Below the pieces are notes generated by a model that saw nothing but the letters and a program-made list of their open reading frames with translations, was not told the origin of the DNA and searched no databases. DNA of 63,914 nt, counting the filler, from Cercozoa sp. M6MM (lineage: Eukaryota; Protista; Endomyxa: Ascetosporea): assembly GCA_040357565.1 (NCBI GenBank). It is 13 parts of 13 records of this genome, joined end to end, with 100 filler letters (N's around TTAATTAATTAA, not from the genome) between each part and the next. Parts side by side here need not be neighbours in the genome. Positions count along the whole stretch, not along the records: positions 36,635 to 42,743 come from JBDODJ010000788.1; positions 42,844 to 44,826 come from JBDODJ010001868.1; positions 44,927 to 48,840 come from JBDODJ010001275.1; positions 48,941 to 52,367 come from JBDODJ010001464.1; positions 52,468 to 54,209 come from JBDODJ010001933.1; 8 more parts are not named here. The stretch is one strand, 5' to 3'. Each line of letters starts with the position of its first letter. Position 1 is the stretch's first letter. This document shows positions 40,439 through 52,536 of the stretch, one piece after another. Both the position numbers and the translations under genes were made by a program.

Positions 40439-42743
40439 ATCTCTGCGTCTAGTTCAGGATACGTGCGCACTTGTCGCAGGTCGAAAGGATCGCTCCAGAC
40501 AGTTGCCTCGCCGCCCGGCAGATCCCAGGCACCGTGTGCTGCTTACATCACTCGTTCCAAAAACTACCCAACCAGTCAGAAAACAGAAAAGAAGAGAACT
40601 CACGCAATCGCACGCGCAGATTAAAGTGCGTGTGATCGCCGTCCACAACACCGCCGAACGGAAGTGCCGCATGCTCATGTCTCTGCTCCCATACACATGC
40701 ACACCAGTCAACAATACAAACCTGTGAGCACACAACGCATACGTGAATTGGCATGCGTTTCCGCATCCAGCAGCGCCGCCGCACAGCATGAACAAAGCCT
40801 GCCAAACACACAAACCAAGTCCGAAAAAAGTGCACGTCACCAAAAGGTCACATCACAAAAAGCCAAAAATACGGTGCTTGGGCGTGTACTTCGCCGGAAA
40901 GTCCACGGCGTAAGTCCAACCCTCACTATCAGTCCCGGTGGGATCATCGACTACTAGCTGCCAAGGCGTGACCCACTCGTAGCCGCGCGGACAAGCCAAC
41001 TGCACAAAAAAAAACAGAGTCAAGAACAAAGGCCCCAAGCAGCAGCTGAGATAGCAAAACGCACCTCACGGAGTTCCCGGATGCCTAACGACTTGCCTTG
41101 ACGCGTGCTCAGGTTGTCACGATCCGTGGGCAAAAACGGGCGCTTCCATTTGTGCAGCAGCGCACGTTGATTCTACACGGCGGTTTTATCAGTCGAATCA
41201 GTTCGGCAACACAACACAGCTAGAGTACCTCCCAGACCAACTCGGTGACCGCGTGTTGCTGCAGAGCAACGCCGCTGAACTGCACCTGGCAGGGCCCTGT
41301 GTGTCAAGAACAAATGGTACATATGCTTGCACTTCCTCCGGGGAAGTGTACCAGTCTGGTCGTTGACAGGCGGCGCACACAGCACGAAGGCGGGCGCAAC
41401 AAACACTTCGCACAAGGCACCTTCGTTCAAGGCACGTTGCAGCAGCGACTCGTGTCTGATAGACACAGGTAATCTTTGTGTGCAAGGCAAGCACAGACAT
41501 GCTTTAGAAGTGTCAATAAAAATACTTGTGTCGCCAGCGCACGGCAAGTGTCAGCGCCAGATGGCGAGACGACCTCTGATTGGCGTTACCTGAAGGGGCG
41601 GACACAAGGTGTACCCATCAAAAAGAAGAAGCAAGGCTAGGGAGTGTGACAGGCCACCTCGCATGCGCAGCACAATGTCGTGCCGAGTCTCGTGACCGAC
41701 GGTGAGAGTGACCCATCGCGACCACTCCAGGTCCTGCTCGAACTCGCGCAGATTGACGCGCACGGCAATCTCCGACTCAAAGGACTGGTCAGTCAGTCAG
41801 TCAGTCATTCAGTCAGTCAGTTAGTGCCCTGTCCCCTCGGTTAGGCAGCCCAAAGTTGGTACCAAATCACTGGGCACTCGGTCCGTCGACAGCACGGCAT
41901 TCTCGGTGCGACTCGCCACTTGGTACGTCAGCTACAGGGCACAGGAGGTTAACACAGGGGGTACGAGGACAGGGTAAACACCTGAGGAGCATCATCAGGC
42001 AGCAGACTGTGCACTCTGCACAGGGGGACAGGGGGATAAAGGGGTCAAGGGGTCAAGGGGTCAAGGGGTCAAAGGGCGGTGTCAGCAAAACCACGCGTAC
42101 TTAAGCATCGGCGCCAACAGGATCAAGCGACGTCGTCCTGTCCAACAACACCCCCACGCGGATGTACAAGCGTACAGAAGTTTAGTTAAGGGGGTGCGCA
42201 GAGGGCGTACGATGCAAACAGGCCACACGCTGCCGACCCAGCGAAAACTCGGCGCGCGCACCGCTGGTTTCGGCCTGCATTTAAAGGGGGGGGGGGAAAA
42301 TAGAGGGGGGGGGGGGGGGTAAGATGGGGGGTAAAAGCTGCCTCAGTGAGCGCGAGTTCACAGCGCGACAGAGCGGGCGTCCAGGCCGGTTCGCACTGAG
42401 CGTCCAACTGTACACACGGGAGGGGTCCATCTGTACAACGCACAGTCCATATGGACCGTCCAACTGTACCTCGTGAAAGCGCACATCGTCGCACATCGAA
42501 TGTTGTATCTGATTATACCAAGGGTACACACACATGCTTATGCATACATGCCTAGGGGGATTGTACCGGCAGATAGGTGCGCGAGTTGGCCTTGATGGTC
42601 ACAACGGCTGCGCCCACCTGTGAAAGGGGTAAACAGGGGGGTAAACAGGGGGGTAACCAGGGGAGTAAACAGGGAGAGGAAAGTCAAGGGAATGTAGAGA
42701 GGGATGGGGGAGGGGGGGGGCGGCTGCGCCCACCTGTGAAAGG
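36635..42743 (-). CDS. VPS13: VPS13-family lipid transfer protein, internal fragment with DysF-like module, VAB/SHR-BD repeats and C-terminal region
   Basis: VIIRNETSLPLAFAQ (VAB repeat); VELTVSVPLLAVSLV..EVVLLSMRNV; QLRIDLLEMS; GAGVYAFFHEP..GGALLKGTYSLVHHSVTG; DysF-like NQR..W..PFLPTDR and PRGYEWVTPWQL..TDSEGWTYAVDFP. Confidence 0.8.
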
Positions 42744-43282
42744 NNNNNNNNNNNNNNNNNNNNNNNNNNNNNNNNNNNNNNNNNNNNTTAATTAATTAAN
42801 NNNNNNNNNNNNNNNNNNNNNNNNNNNNNNNNNNNNNNNNNNNCTTTGGTGTGTAAGACCAACGCGATAACCACTACGCTACAGATACTGTCGGTCTAGC
42901 TCCTGACTGATACACCTATAGAAGCACATGGAGCCCTTTTGCCATGCATCACAGTTGGTGGACTACTTGCTCCATGGGCCAATCCAGCACGGGACCCATT
43001 GCATTGCTGCACAATATACTACGTGGGAAATGCTGCGGACGTTGCAACAGTATAGCCGCCTAAGAAAGTCGCCTTTATCACACTTGCTTTCCGCGTGCTT
43101 GAAATGGACAGATAAGTCTGGACTCAACTTTGCACGTGCCACTGCCGGTGTCGGTGGTCTGATCACCCAGTGCGCGCGACAATGAGGCAGACCCTGCCAG
43201 AATAGTCACAGATTGGGTCGACCGTTCTAAGGAATACACCGCTGTGCGCCTGAAGCATATGCCGGGGTGCTAACTAAGGAAT

Positions 43283-44620
43283 TCAAGAAGCGACTTCGCG
43301 ATCGGTCAGGTGCGCGTGCATGCGTCGCTCGCAGGCGGCGCGGCCGAACCAGCAGGACACGCTGAAACTGAGCGAGAGCGACTGCACGTGGTGCCACCAC
43401 AGCGGCGGCAGGTACACCGACTCGCCCGGCTGCAGCAGCACGTCGAGGCACTTGAGGCGCCGCTGCTCGCTCGGCGCGAACACGTCCACTCGCGACGTGT
43501 TGTCTACTCAAACAACGCTACCTTAACCAAAAGCACCCGCAAAACATCACCCTTAACCAAAGCAAGCGTAACCAAAGCAAGCGTAACCAAAGCATCCTCA
43601 AAAAATATGGCCTCAAATATAGAGTCTTAAGCAACACACCGTTGATAAAGTACACTTAAAGTATAACTTCAAAAAAGAGAACAATCGACCCCTAAACACA
43701 ATGCGCTTAAAACACGCAGCCTCAAGCGAAAAGGAAACGGACCACCATGCGACAAGAAACGCGACATCTCCGGCGGCAGTAGTCGCAAGTACTTGCTGCC
43801 AATCACCTGGGTCAGCAGGTTTTGTCTGCATGTACCATAGTGCTTTATCGCCTTCTCCCCTGCTTTACCTCCCCCTTACCGAGCATCGTAGTGCACAGGC
43901 GACACGGTGTTGCGCGGGCCGAGCCAGGCGTTGACGGCGACGGCGGGACCGGGCGCAGCAAGACACACCTCAGGCACCGCAAAGTCGCGCTTCAACGATG
44001 CTACTTGTTCGAACAGCGCATGCTGTGCCAGGTAGGCTTTGGGTTCCTTGTCCTGCCAGGGGGGAGTAAGAAAGGGCAAGAAAGGCGCGGGGGGGGGGGG
44101 GTATAACCAGAGTGATATGCTGCAAGAAGTCATCGCCCAACATCAGCGTCTGTCGCCACTCTGCGTCCGTGTACCTGGGGGAGGGGGGTAAAGGGGGGGG
44201 GGTTAAATGGGGGTAAACAGGGGAGTAAATGGGAAGGGCGGTAAATGGGGGGTAAACAGGAGGGTAAACCTGCTGCCCAACTCGACCGGCAGAGTGCGTC
44301 GGCCCAGACAGTCGCGCAGGTAGTCCCAGTCCGACCAGCGCCGAGTGGCCGCGTGTCCCAGCAGTGCGCACTGCGCGCCGAAAACGACAGGTCGCTCCAG
44401 TCGGAACAGACGGTGCCACTCGCTGAGACTCTGCGGTGCACGTGTCAACTTGATCACCGACTCAGTCACACCGTCAGTCACACCGTCAGTTGATCCCAGT
44501 GAGGACAGATCAGTGATCAGTCTCACTGGCGACACGTGACACGGCACCGTCGCACGTGTCGTTTCCACACGCTGCCGCAGCTGCACCCACGCCGGCCAAC
44601 GCGGCAACGCCGGTGCCAAC
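43283..44620 (-). CDS. JmjC oxygenase JMJD5/KDM8-like, 5'-truncated
   Basis: GRRTLPVELGSRYTDAEWRQTLM, YLAQHALFEQV, VNAWLGPRNTVSPVHYD (HxD), LQPGESVYLPPLWWHHVQSL..SVSCWF. Confidence 0.9.
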
Positions 44621-45051
44621 TGGGAGGAATGGGGGGGGGGGGGGGTAAACAGGGGGTACACAGGGGTTACACAGGGGTTACACAGGGGGTAAATAGGATA
44701 GGGGAGAAAATAGGAAGGCAAATAGGGGTGAATAGGGGGGGGTAAATAGGGGGGTAAATAGGAAGGTAAATAGGGGGGTAAATAGGAAGGTAAATAGGGG
44801 GATAACACACAGAGAGAGCGAGAGAGNNNNNNNNNNNNNNNNNNNNNNNNNNNNNNNNNNNNNNNNNNNNTTAATTAATTAANNNNNNNNNNNNNNNNNN
44901 NNNNNNNNNNNNNNNNNNNNNNNNNNTTAAGGGATAAATATAATTAAGGGATAAATAGGGGGGTAATTAAGGGGGTAAATAGGGGGTAATTAAGGGGGTA
45001 ATTAAGGGGGTAAATAGGGGATAAATAGGGGGAGAGGGAGGGGGGTAAAGC

Positions 45052-46068
45052 ACCAGACACGAAGCCGAGGGACAGATGGTGACATCGCCCGTCATGAGAC
45101 CGACCTCGCCCTCGCCAAACTCCTCCTGCAACTCGCGGAACTTCTGGTTCGACAGCGCCTTGATCGGCGACCTGGGTAGGGTGAAGGGGTAGGGGTAAAG
45201 GGGTAGGGTAGGGGTAGGGGTAAAGGGGTAGGGGTAAAGGGGTAGGGGTAAAGGAGTAGGGGTAGGGGGTATAGAGGTAGGGTGAAGGGGTAGGGTAGGG
45301 GGTAGAGGGGGTAGGGTAAGGGGTAGGGTAGGGTAGGGGAGGGGGTCAAGAGGAGTACGTGTAGATGACGCGAGCGCCGCGTTTGAGAGCCAATGCAACG
45401 GCATACTCGGCCACCGTGGTCTGTTCAACAAAGGGTATACCCCCCCCCATCTTACCTCCATACCATACCCCCTGTTTACCCCCGAGGTACCTTGCCAGCA
45501 CTGGTGTGTGCCGCCACAAGAACGTTCTCGCTGCGTTCCAGTGCGTCGACACTGACGGCCTGGAACGGGTCCAGAGTGTACGCGTACGTCTTGGCCGGCG
45601 CTTCGCCTACATGGGAAGGGGTTAAAGTACGAGGGAGGTAAGTTGTCATGAGATAGGTTAAATCGAGGGAAATGGATATGTTTGAGGTGGGGGGGGGGGG
45701 GGGGGTAAGACAGCCTACCATTCCGCGGGTCCGGATTGGCCTCGCGCGCGGCCAGATGCGCCTCGACGTCAAAGGCCGGCGGGTAGGCGATCTCGTGCGT
45801 GCAGCCCTCGATCGGCATGTCTCGCACCACCTGCTCCTTGTACTCGCCAAACGTCGCGTCGGCGTCCGGGTCGGCGAACTGCTCGTCCTTCACCTCTGCG
45901 CACCCCCAAAACACGTACACGAGTCTCGCATTACAAGCAAGACACCGCCGAGTGACTACCCTCGACTTGGACGCTGTCCGACACATCGCGGTCTGAGGCG
46001 TGACGGGCTCGCTTCGTGGGCGGCCCCTCGAACACGTCAAAGACGTTCTCATCGGAGAACAGATCCAT
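45052..46068 (-). CDS. MTR4: Exosome RNA helicase MTR4, N-terminal part
   Basis: [13 protein letters not shown]; CTHEIAYP; [13 protein letters not shown]; [11 protein letters not shown]|TTVAEYAVA; YT|[14 protein letters not shown]; [10 protein letters not shown]. Confidence 0.93.
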
Positions 46069-46207
46069 GGCTGCTACCACACTCTACGCACGCCCACAGA
46101 CGCCGCGGGAGCTTCCTGTAGCCACTCTGGTTTTCTTTTATTTTTTCTTCCCTCGTGTCATGACTCGTTTGTGCCATTCGTCCACTTTATTAGGCAATGA
46201 TTCAACC

Positions 46208-48812
46208 ATGAATGCCGAATTAAACGTTATCTGTGAACTTGGCTGGCGCTGGTGCAGAGTTGGTGTGAGTTTCCTTGTTTGTGGTGCTAATTTTTGTATC
46301 TTCCTCTGCACCCCCAGGTCGCCGGTGAAGCTCAACCGCGCGGACAGTTTCGAACAGTCCATTCATTCGTCAAAGATGCAAAAAACTCAAGTGAGACTGA
46401 GGATTTAGATGATTTGCGTCAAACACAGCAGCTGCTGTGGAGCGAGGTCGGTGCGCGCATCGCAGCGCACATGTTCGACCAGGTGATGCCTCTCGTGCCA
46501 CTGCAACGCAGTTTAGGCATGTCTTCTCGACTGGCCATGTGTGTTACGGATCTGCCTGGTGCCCAGTCATATTAGGCCTTTTGCTTGCTTGTGGGGTGTT
46601 TCCGAAGACTCGAATGACTGACATGTTGCTGCAGCACCACTGGTCGGAGGTTTTGCCGAAGCTGTCTTCAGGAGAGGCTGGAGCAGTATTTTGCCAATCA
46701 AATCGGCTCTTTGTGTCCCGCCATTGTTTTCCACGGATACTGCTTTGGTAGAGCATTAGTTCTGAGCAGTGAGAACACTTGCTTGCAGCTATTGCTTCTT
46801 TTTCTGGCCACGTCAGGTGATCGATTTTGGGTGGCAAAGCACGCGAGTGACTGGATTCTTCGCAGGCCATCCTGCTGGATCACTCGAGTGTCACGGCATT
46901 CGACAGCTGGTGTCTCTGTTGCAGCAACAGATCCGCGCGGACTCTGTCGCAGCCGAGAATCTGCTGTTTCAGCACTGCTTTGCTGCGCCGACAGCAGATG
47001 TATTTTTGACTTTCGGCTTTCTTCTTTTTGCATGCGAGATTGCTTTTGTGTCGCAGTTTGAAAGCACACTTGCAGCAGGTGTTGCAGAAATTGAAGACAT
47101 CTCATCCAAGGTGTGTACCCAGATAAGTGCATTTTTCGAGAGAAATACCCTCTGATGTTGTCTTTTATTGTAGACGAGGTATCAGGTGGTCGAGACGTGG
47201 CTGCGAACAGTGCTCGCGATGATTCGAAAGACGCTGCAAGTGCTTCCGATTGTAAGTTGTGTTTCACAGAGTCTGCTTGGATAGATTATTCTGTCTGGGC
47301 GTTAGGACACGAGGTTAGCACTGGCCAAGAGTGCTGTCATCACGGGCGGTGGTGCCGAGTTGCGCGGTCTGCGCACGCGCCTGCTGTCCGAGTGCGCACT
47401 CACGCTCCTGCCAGCTCCCGTGGCGCCTTCTCTGCGCAGTTTCTGCGGCGTTTCTCTCGCCGCCAGTCGCATGCTCGAATTCTCTCAGTCTTCGCATGCA
47501 CAACTGCCGAAGGAGGACTCGCTAGTACCTGCTGCGTCGGTACCACTCGTGCATGTCGACGACTTCCGGCAGAAACTACAACAAGGCCGCTGGGATGACG
47601 CCTGCAACTTGCTCCTGGCTGCGCAGGGCTCCTGATTATATGTAACGTAACGGGTCGTGGGAGATTTATGATCCCTGCGCACACCAAGATCCCTGATGTT
47701 CTTGCATCGGGATGTTCGTCAGGAGAAAGGACGTTCAAAATCGGTGGCTACAATTATCTGATTTCTTGCACTGCTCAAACGCAATAGAATCACTGCCAGA
47801 CGTGTGTACCCATAGTCTCAATACTATTGGCACACGTGTGCTTTTGCTCAAGTCGAGTTTAGAGCAGTCGGAGTCCAGGATGAGCGTGGAATCGTTTCGC
47901 GGCGCAGTGTAGGCCAGTGTTTGGACCGATGTTGTGTCGTCGATAGTAAGTGTGAGTTTCTGAAGGAGCACGGATGACCAAAGCGGCAGTCAGTGCGCGC
48001 AGGACGTGATGCTGGAACTCGTAGCCTTGTGTTTGTGTGTGTGTAGCATGATGTGGGTGGGGGTGTGTGTGCTGTACGCCGTCTCGTAGCACCGGACACA
48101 GTCGGCGCAGCTGCGTCGGCGCAGTGACTCGCCAGATCCCTTCAATGTCGAAGTATGTGCGTGTGGGGTGTGTGTGCCTCTGTGATCACTCGTGTGCCTG
48201 TGTGTCCCTCTGCCTCCTGGTGCAGGAGACATCCGAGACGACTGGCGGCCTGTCGCGTGTGCACTCGTCGCACGCGCTCATCGAGGTGTGTTGTTGCCTC
48301 GTTTTATCTCCCTTCAACCCCCTCTACCCTCTACCCCTCTACCCTCTACCCCTCTACCCTCTACCCCTCTACCCCTCTACCCTCTACCCTCTACCCTCTA
48401 CCCTCTACCCTCTACCCCTGACTCCCCAGGTGGTGGCGTCGCAAGAGCGGCGGCAGCTGCAGGCAGCGACATGTGCCGACCACGACTTGTGGATTCGGGG
48501 TGTGTTCTTACCCCCCTCTTTACCCCCCTGTTTACCCCCCCTGTTTACCCCCCTGTTTACCCCCTGGTTTACCCCCCCCCCAGTGGCCTTCGACATGCTG
48601 GCGGGCGGCACGCACTCGATGTTCCGAACGCCGTCGAATTCGGTGCGTTTCTTCACCTTGACTAGAGGAGTGACCACTGATCACGGTGATCGGGACACAC
48701 GTGCGCACGTGCGCAGTTGGAGGACAGGAACCGTCGGCAGCGCAGTCAGTCTCCGGTGCCAGACCCGTCGGCCACCGTCATGGTCGATGATCTCATCGAA
48801 GTGCTGGGCAGT
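46208..48812 (+). CDS. Hypothetical multi-exon gene or genes divergent from MTR4
   Basis: Series of coding-like plus-strand segments bounded by GT/AG; no family recognised. Confidence 0.3.
48322..48418 (+). repeat. Intronic (CTCTACC)n heptamer array
   Basis: Direct inspection. Confidence 0.9.
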
Positions 48813-48940
48813 AAGGCTGTCGCTGTGTTACCCCCCCCCCNNNNNNNNNNNNNNNNNNNNNNNNNNNNNNNNNNNNNNNNNNNNTTAATTAATTAANNNN
48901 NNNNNNNNNNNNNNNNNNNNNNNNNNNNNNNNNNNNNNNN

Positions 48941-49032
48941 CAACAGCAACAGCAACAACAACAGCAACAGCAACAGCAACAGCAACAACAACAACAACAG
49001 CAACAGCAACAGCAACCACAACAGCAACAGCA
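48941..49032 (+). repeat. CAA/CAG triplet repeat (possible polyQ)
   Basis: Direct inspection at contig start. Confidence 0.8.
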
Positions 49033-49817
49033 GGGTTTAGGTGAGGATGGTTTGGAAGAAGAAGAAGGTGAGGAGGAAAACTTGCAGCGCATTCACCGGC
49101 ACCTGCTGCAGCGACTGGCGCCACTCAGCGCCGTGCACATCCTGTCGCCGCAACCGCCTCCTGCTCGGCAGTCGAGCACAAAGAAAAAGAAAAAGTCCAA
49201 AAAGCAGTGAACTCGAACAGTCACAGTTCACCTCCACGCAGTCACACTGTATTATTCGACTGCCTTCCGTCCTTCGAGTGTCTTGCCGTCTGTCTCCCGT
49301 GCTCGTCATTTCGAGTCTGTCTCGTCCTGTCCCGTCCGTCTGTCTCGTCTCTCGTCCGTCTTGTTTGTGTGTTTGTCTCCGTCTACCGCGTCTTCTCCGT
49401 CTCGGCGTCGCTGTCTTTTAACGTAAAACTCGTTAATTACTGATTGAATTAATAACTTCCGTTCAGCTTACTCGGCGCATTCAGATGACTGGTTGTACTC
49501 GTCAGTCTCTTCCCTTACCCCTCACCCCCTTGGCTCCGAGCAGCAGCTTCAGTTTGACCCCTACATACCGTACAGTAGAGCTTAGAGTACGATACGGTGG
49601 CATACTTGATCCAGTATGTTCACACTTGAGCTTAGTTCAGTTTAGTTCGGCTCAATGCTACTCTCCGTCGAGTACTGTAGCTCGGCGACAGTACATGTAA
49701 CTGAGGCTGTACTTGTGAGACGGAGTCATGGAGTCTGCTCTGGTACAATAAAGTTTCTAGTGCTGTATTCTCCCTGACTTGGAGGCCGCGGCAGCAGCAG
49801 GTGTTTCGCGAGACGTG

Positions 49818-50404
49818 CTACCCACTGAGTGTACTTATACCTGTAAAAGAAAGGAATTGCTTGTACCAGTTGCCGTTTCGACGTCTTGGTTGAACTGCGC
49901 GGTCATGAGACGCGATTGATCCAGCCAGTGCTTGTCGCCGCGGTATGATGTGTAAATCGGGAGCTGTTTTGTGTCCTCCTGAGTCCAAGGATGGTCGTTG
50001 GACTGGTCTACGAGCGAGCGTAAGAGTCCGATCGCAAGTGCTGCCGGCAGTGCTGTACCTATGCGCACTGCCGCGGCGAGGTCGACAGCACGCCGATAAA
50101 AGTCCTCGTTGTTCAACTTTTCCAGAATTGCTTCCTCTATTAGTACACTCAACAAAGTTCATACATGTGAATAGCACCCAGTACCGAATTGCAAATGTAA
50201 ATCTGAATTGCAGAACTGCCCCATACTGTACCAGTTTTCTGACGCACGGCCTTCATGAAGTCCTCGGACATGAATAGTTGAGCTTTTAATTTTGTATGCC
50301 GGTCGAACTGCTAGACCGCTATCAACTGCTCGCTCTTTTCTTGCGTCCACTGACTGTCTTTGTCTCGTTCCAGGTCATCTGAGTATTCTCAACTTCAACT
50401 CGTT

Positions 50405-50472
<68 letters not shown>

Positions 50473-50589
50473 CACACACACACACACACNNNNNNNNNNN
50501 NNNNNNNNNNNNNNNNNNNNNNNNNNNNNNNNNNNNNNNNNNNNNNNNNNNNNNNNNNNNNNNNNNNNNNNNNNNNNNNNNNNNNNNNN

Positions 50590-50622
<33 letters not shown>

Positions 50623-51357
50623 ACACAACGCACCCTGATACATTTCACTGGCTTCAAGTAGCGCTGTCTCCTGCTTCTTCTTCTTTTTAGCTTCCACGCT
50701 CTTCCCTGCAGCACAAGCACAGTGACCTAGACACTCTACGAGTCGATACAATACAGTACTGTATCCAGACAAGCTTACTGGCTGATACAAACTCGCTCCT
50801 GGCATCTTGAAGTTGAGGGTCAAGCCATGCCAACGCGTTCCGACGCCTCGCCCAGTTTTTGTACAGGGACAACTGCCGAAAGGCAATGTCCCACGTCGGC
50901 GGTTCATTGGGAGAATTTTTCCACATTTCCTCTGCGACCAGAAATCGTATCATTCAGACAACTGAAATGTGAAGTACTGTATACGGCGTCTGATTAATAA
51001 ATGGACCTACTTGTAAGCTGCGACACGGCCTCCGCATTTATGCGAGCGACCGCCGATGCGACTGCGCTGTCCACTTGGTTGCCTGCAACGGCATTTACAC
51101 TTGCGATACTTCTGGATGGAATAAAAAAGAGAATTACGTGCTTCCTGCTTGACTTGCTCGATGAAGGAATCCGAAATAAATTGGTCTTTTAGCCAGTTTG
51201 GCCAAGCAACACCGACGAGTTCAGCTTCGGGGCCGTTTGTGAAAAGACGGTCCCTTAGAGACTTCACGGCTCTCGTTTTGACATCATAGATCGCGTATTT
51301 CTCGCATGACGCCGTGTATCGAGCAGCCGTAATGCCCAGAAGGCAGCTGCCCAAACC
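49818..51357 (-). CDS. Hypothetical protein, multi-exon
   Basis: ORFs 51007-51354, 50687-50953 and 49835-50155 on the same strand with plausible GT-AG junctions. Confidence 0.35.
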
Positions 51358-51903
51358 TGCCGACTACACGCCAATGCACGAGGCTAGTAGCAGCAGCAGC
51401 AAGAAGGTAAGCAACATGCTGAGAGCGATTCGAAATTCGTTCGGGTAATTTCGGTTCAGAGTTCGGACTGATCGGACACAAAATCGGGTGTGAAATTGGA
51501 CTGTCCGGGGATATAGACGAATGTACTGATACTTGTAACCCAATGGAGCCTACGGTCTGCGAGTTTTCACCTTGATTCTTGATGGTTGGACCGGATTCCG
51601 TTCGATGTCCCTATGTCCGAACGGAAGTTGGCGCGTGCGAGTCTACAGCCGGGTCGAGTACCGGCCGTACTCGACTACTGTAAGTCCGAACTGATCACGT
51701 CATGCATCTGCATATGAGCTCAGTTCGTCGCGTACAGCAGGTATTGATTGTTTATCGAGGAAATGAAACTAGGCGACGAATACTAACTAGTCAGTGGTAG
51801 GTACACGCCATGCTCTTGTGACCCACCCCAGACTGGTGCAGGGGAACTACATAGTTGGTTTCCTAGAAGACTCAACTAACTACACGACAGTCGACGCGAG
51901 GCA

Positions 51904-52345
51904 TCATGTGTGCGCAGTCTGACTCGTAGCCACCTGAGTGACCTGACTCGTAGCTACCTGAGTAGCCACCTGAGTCGCCACCTGAGTGACCTGACTCGTA
52001 GCCACCAGCACAGGCACCAGCGACATCAGCAGCGTGTGCCACTCGGCGTGTTCCAGTTGCTCCTCGAGTGTCCACTCCACTGCCACCGTACCTGCCGGGG
52101 GGGGGAAGGGAGGATAAATAGGGGTAAAGAGGAGATAAAGAGGGGGATAAAGAGGGGGGTAAGGCGGGGGTAAAGGGGGTAAAACCAGCGCCGTAGTCAC
52201 TGAGAGTCGAGGCGTGTCGGCATACGTGTGTACATGCCGTGTCGCCAGGCAGCAGTGTGCACGTGTCGCCACTCGGCAGTCGCACCGTCACTCGCTGACA
52301 CGACGACGCGTTCTTCACCTCGCACTGCTGCACCGTCGTCGCGTC
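51904..52345 (-). CDS. 3' exons of an unknown gene with an ATSQVTQV repeat tail
   Basis: Two exons split by a TTTACCCC intron; stop 51904. Confidence 0.35.
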
Positions 52346-52536
52346 TGCCGGGACGGGGGGGGGGGGGNNNNNNNNNNNNNNNNNNNNNNNNNNNNNNNNN
52401 NNNNNNNNNNNTTAATTAATTAANNNNNNNNNNNNNNNNNNNNNNNNNNNNNNNNNNNNNNNNNNNNTGTCCACCCTCTTTATAACTACCCCCCCCCCTT
52501 AAACACCCGCCCCCCCCCTTAAACTGAAAATCGCAG

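Noticed and set aside
42721-42743. Duplicate of the VPS13 acceptor/exon start at 42605-42627
   Set aside because: At a contig end next to a G run; probably an assembly artefact.
44927-45050. Telomere-like G-rich repeats at a contig start
   Set aside because: Degenerate GGGGTAA units inside an MTR4 intron, the same class as other introns; not a TTAGGG array.
50305-50320. Apparent in-frame TAG suggesting stop-codon recoding
   Set aside because: Explained as the acceptor of a short GTCAGT..TAG intron; the conserved genes I traced showed no in-frame stops after splicing.
51653-51675. Perfect 9-bp hairpin GTCGAGTAC/GTACTCGAC, possible Helitron end
   Set aside because: No CTRR terminus at the expected distance and only one copy seen.
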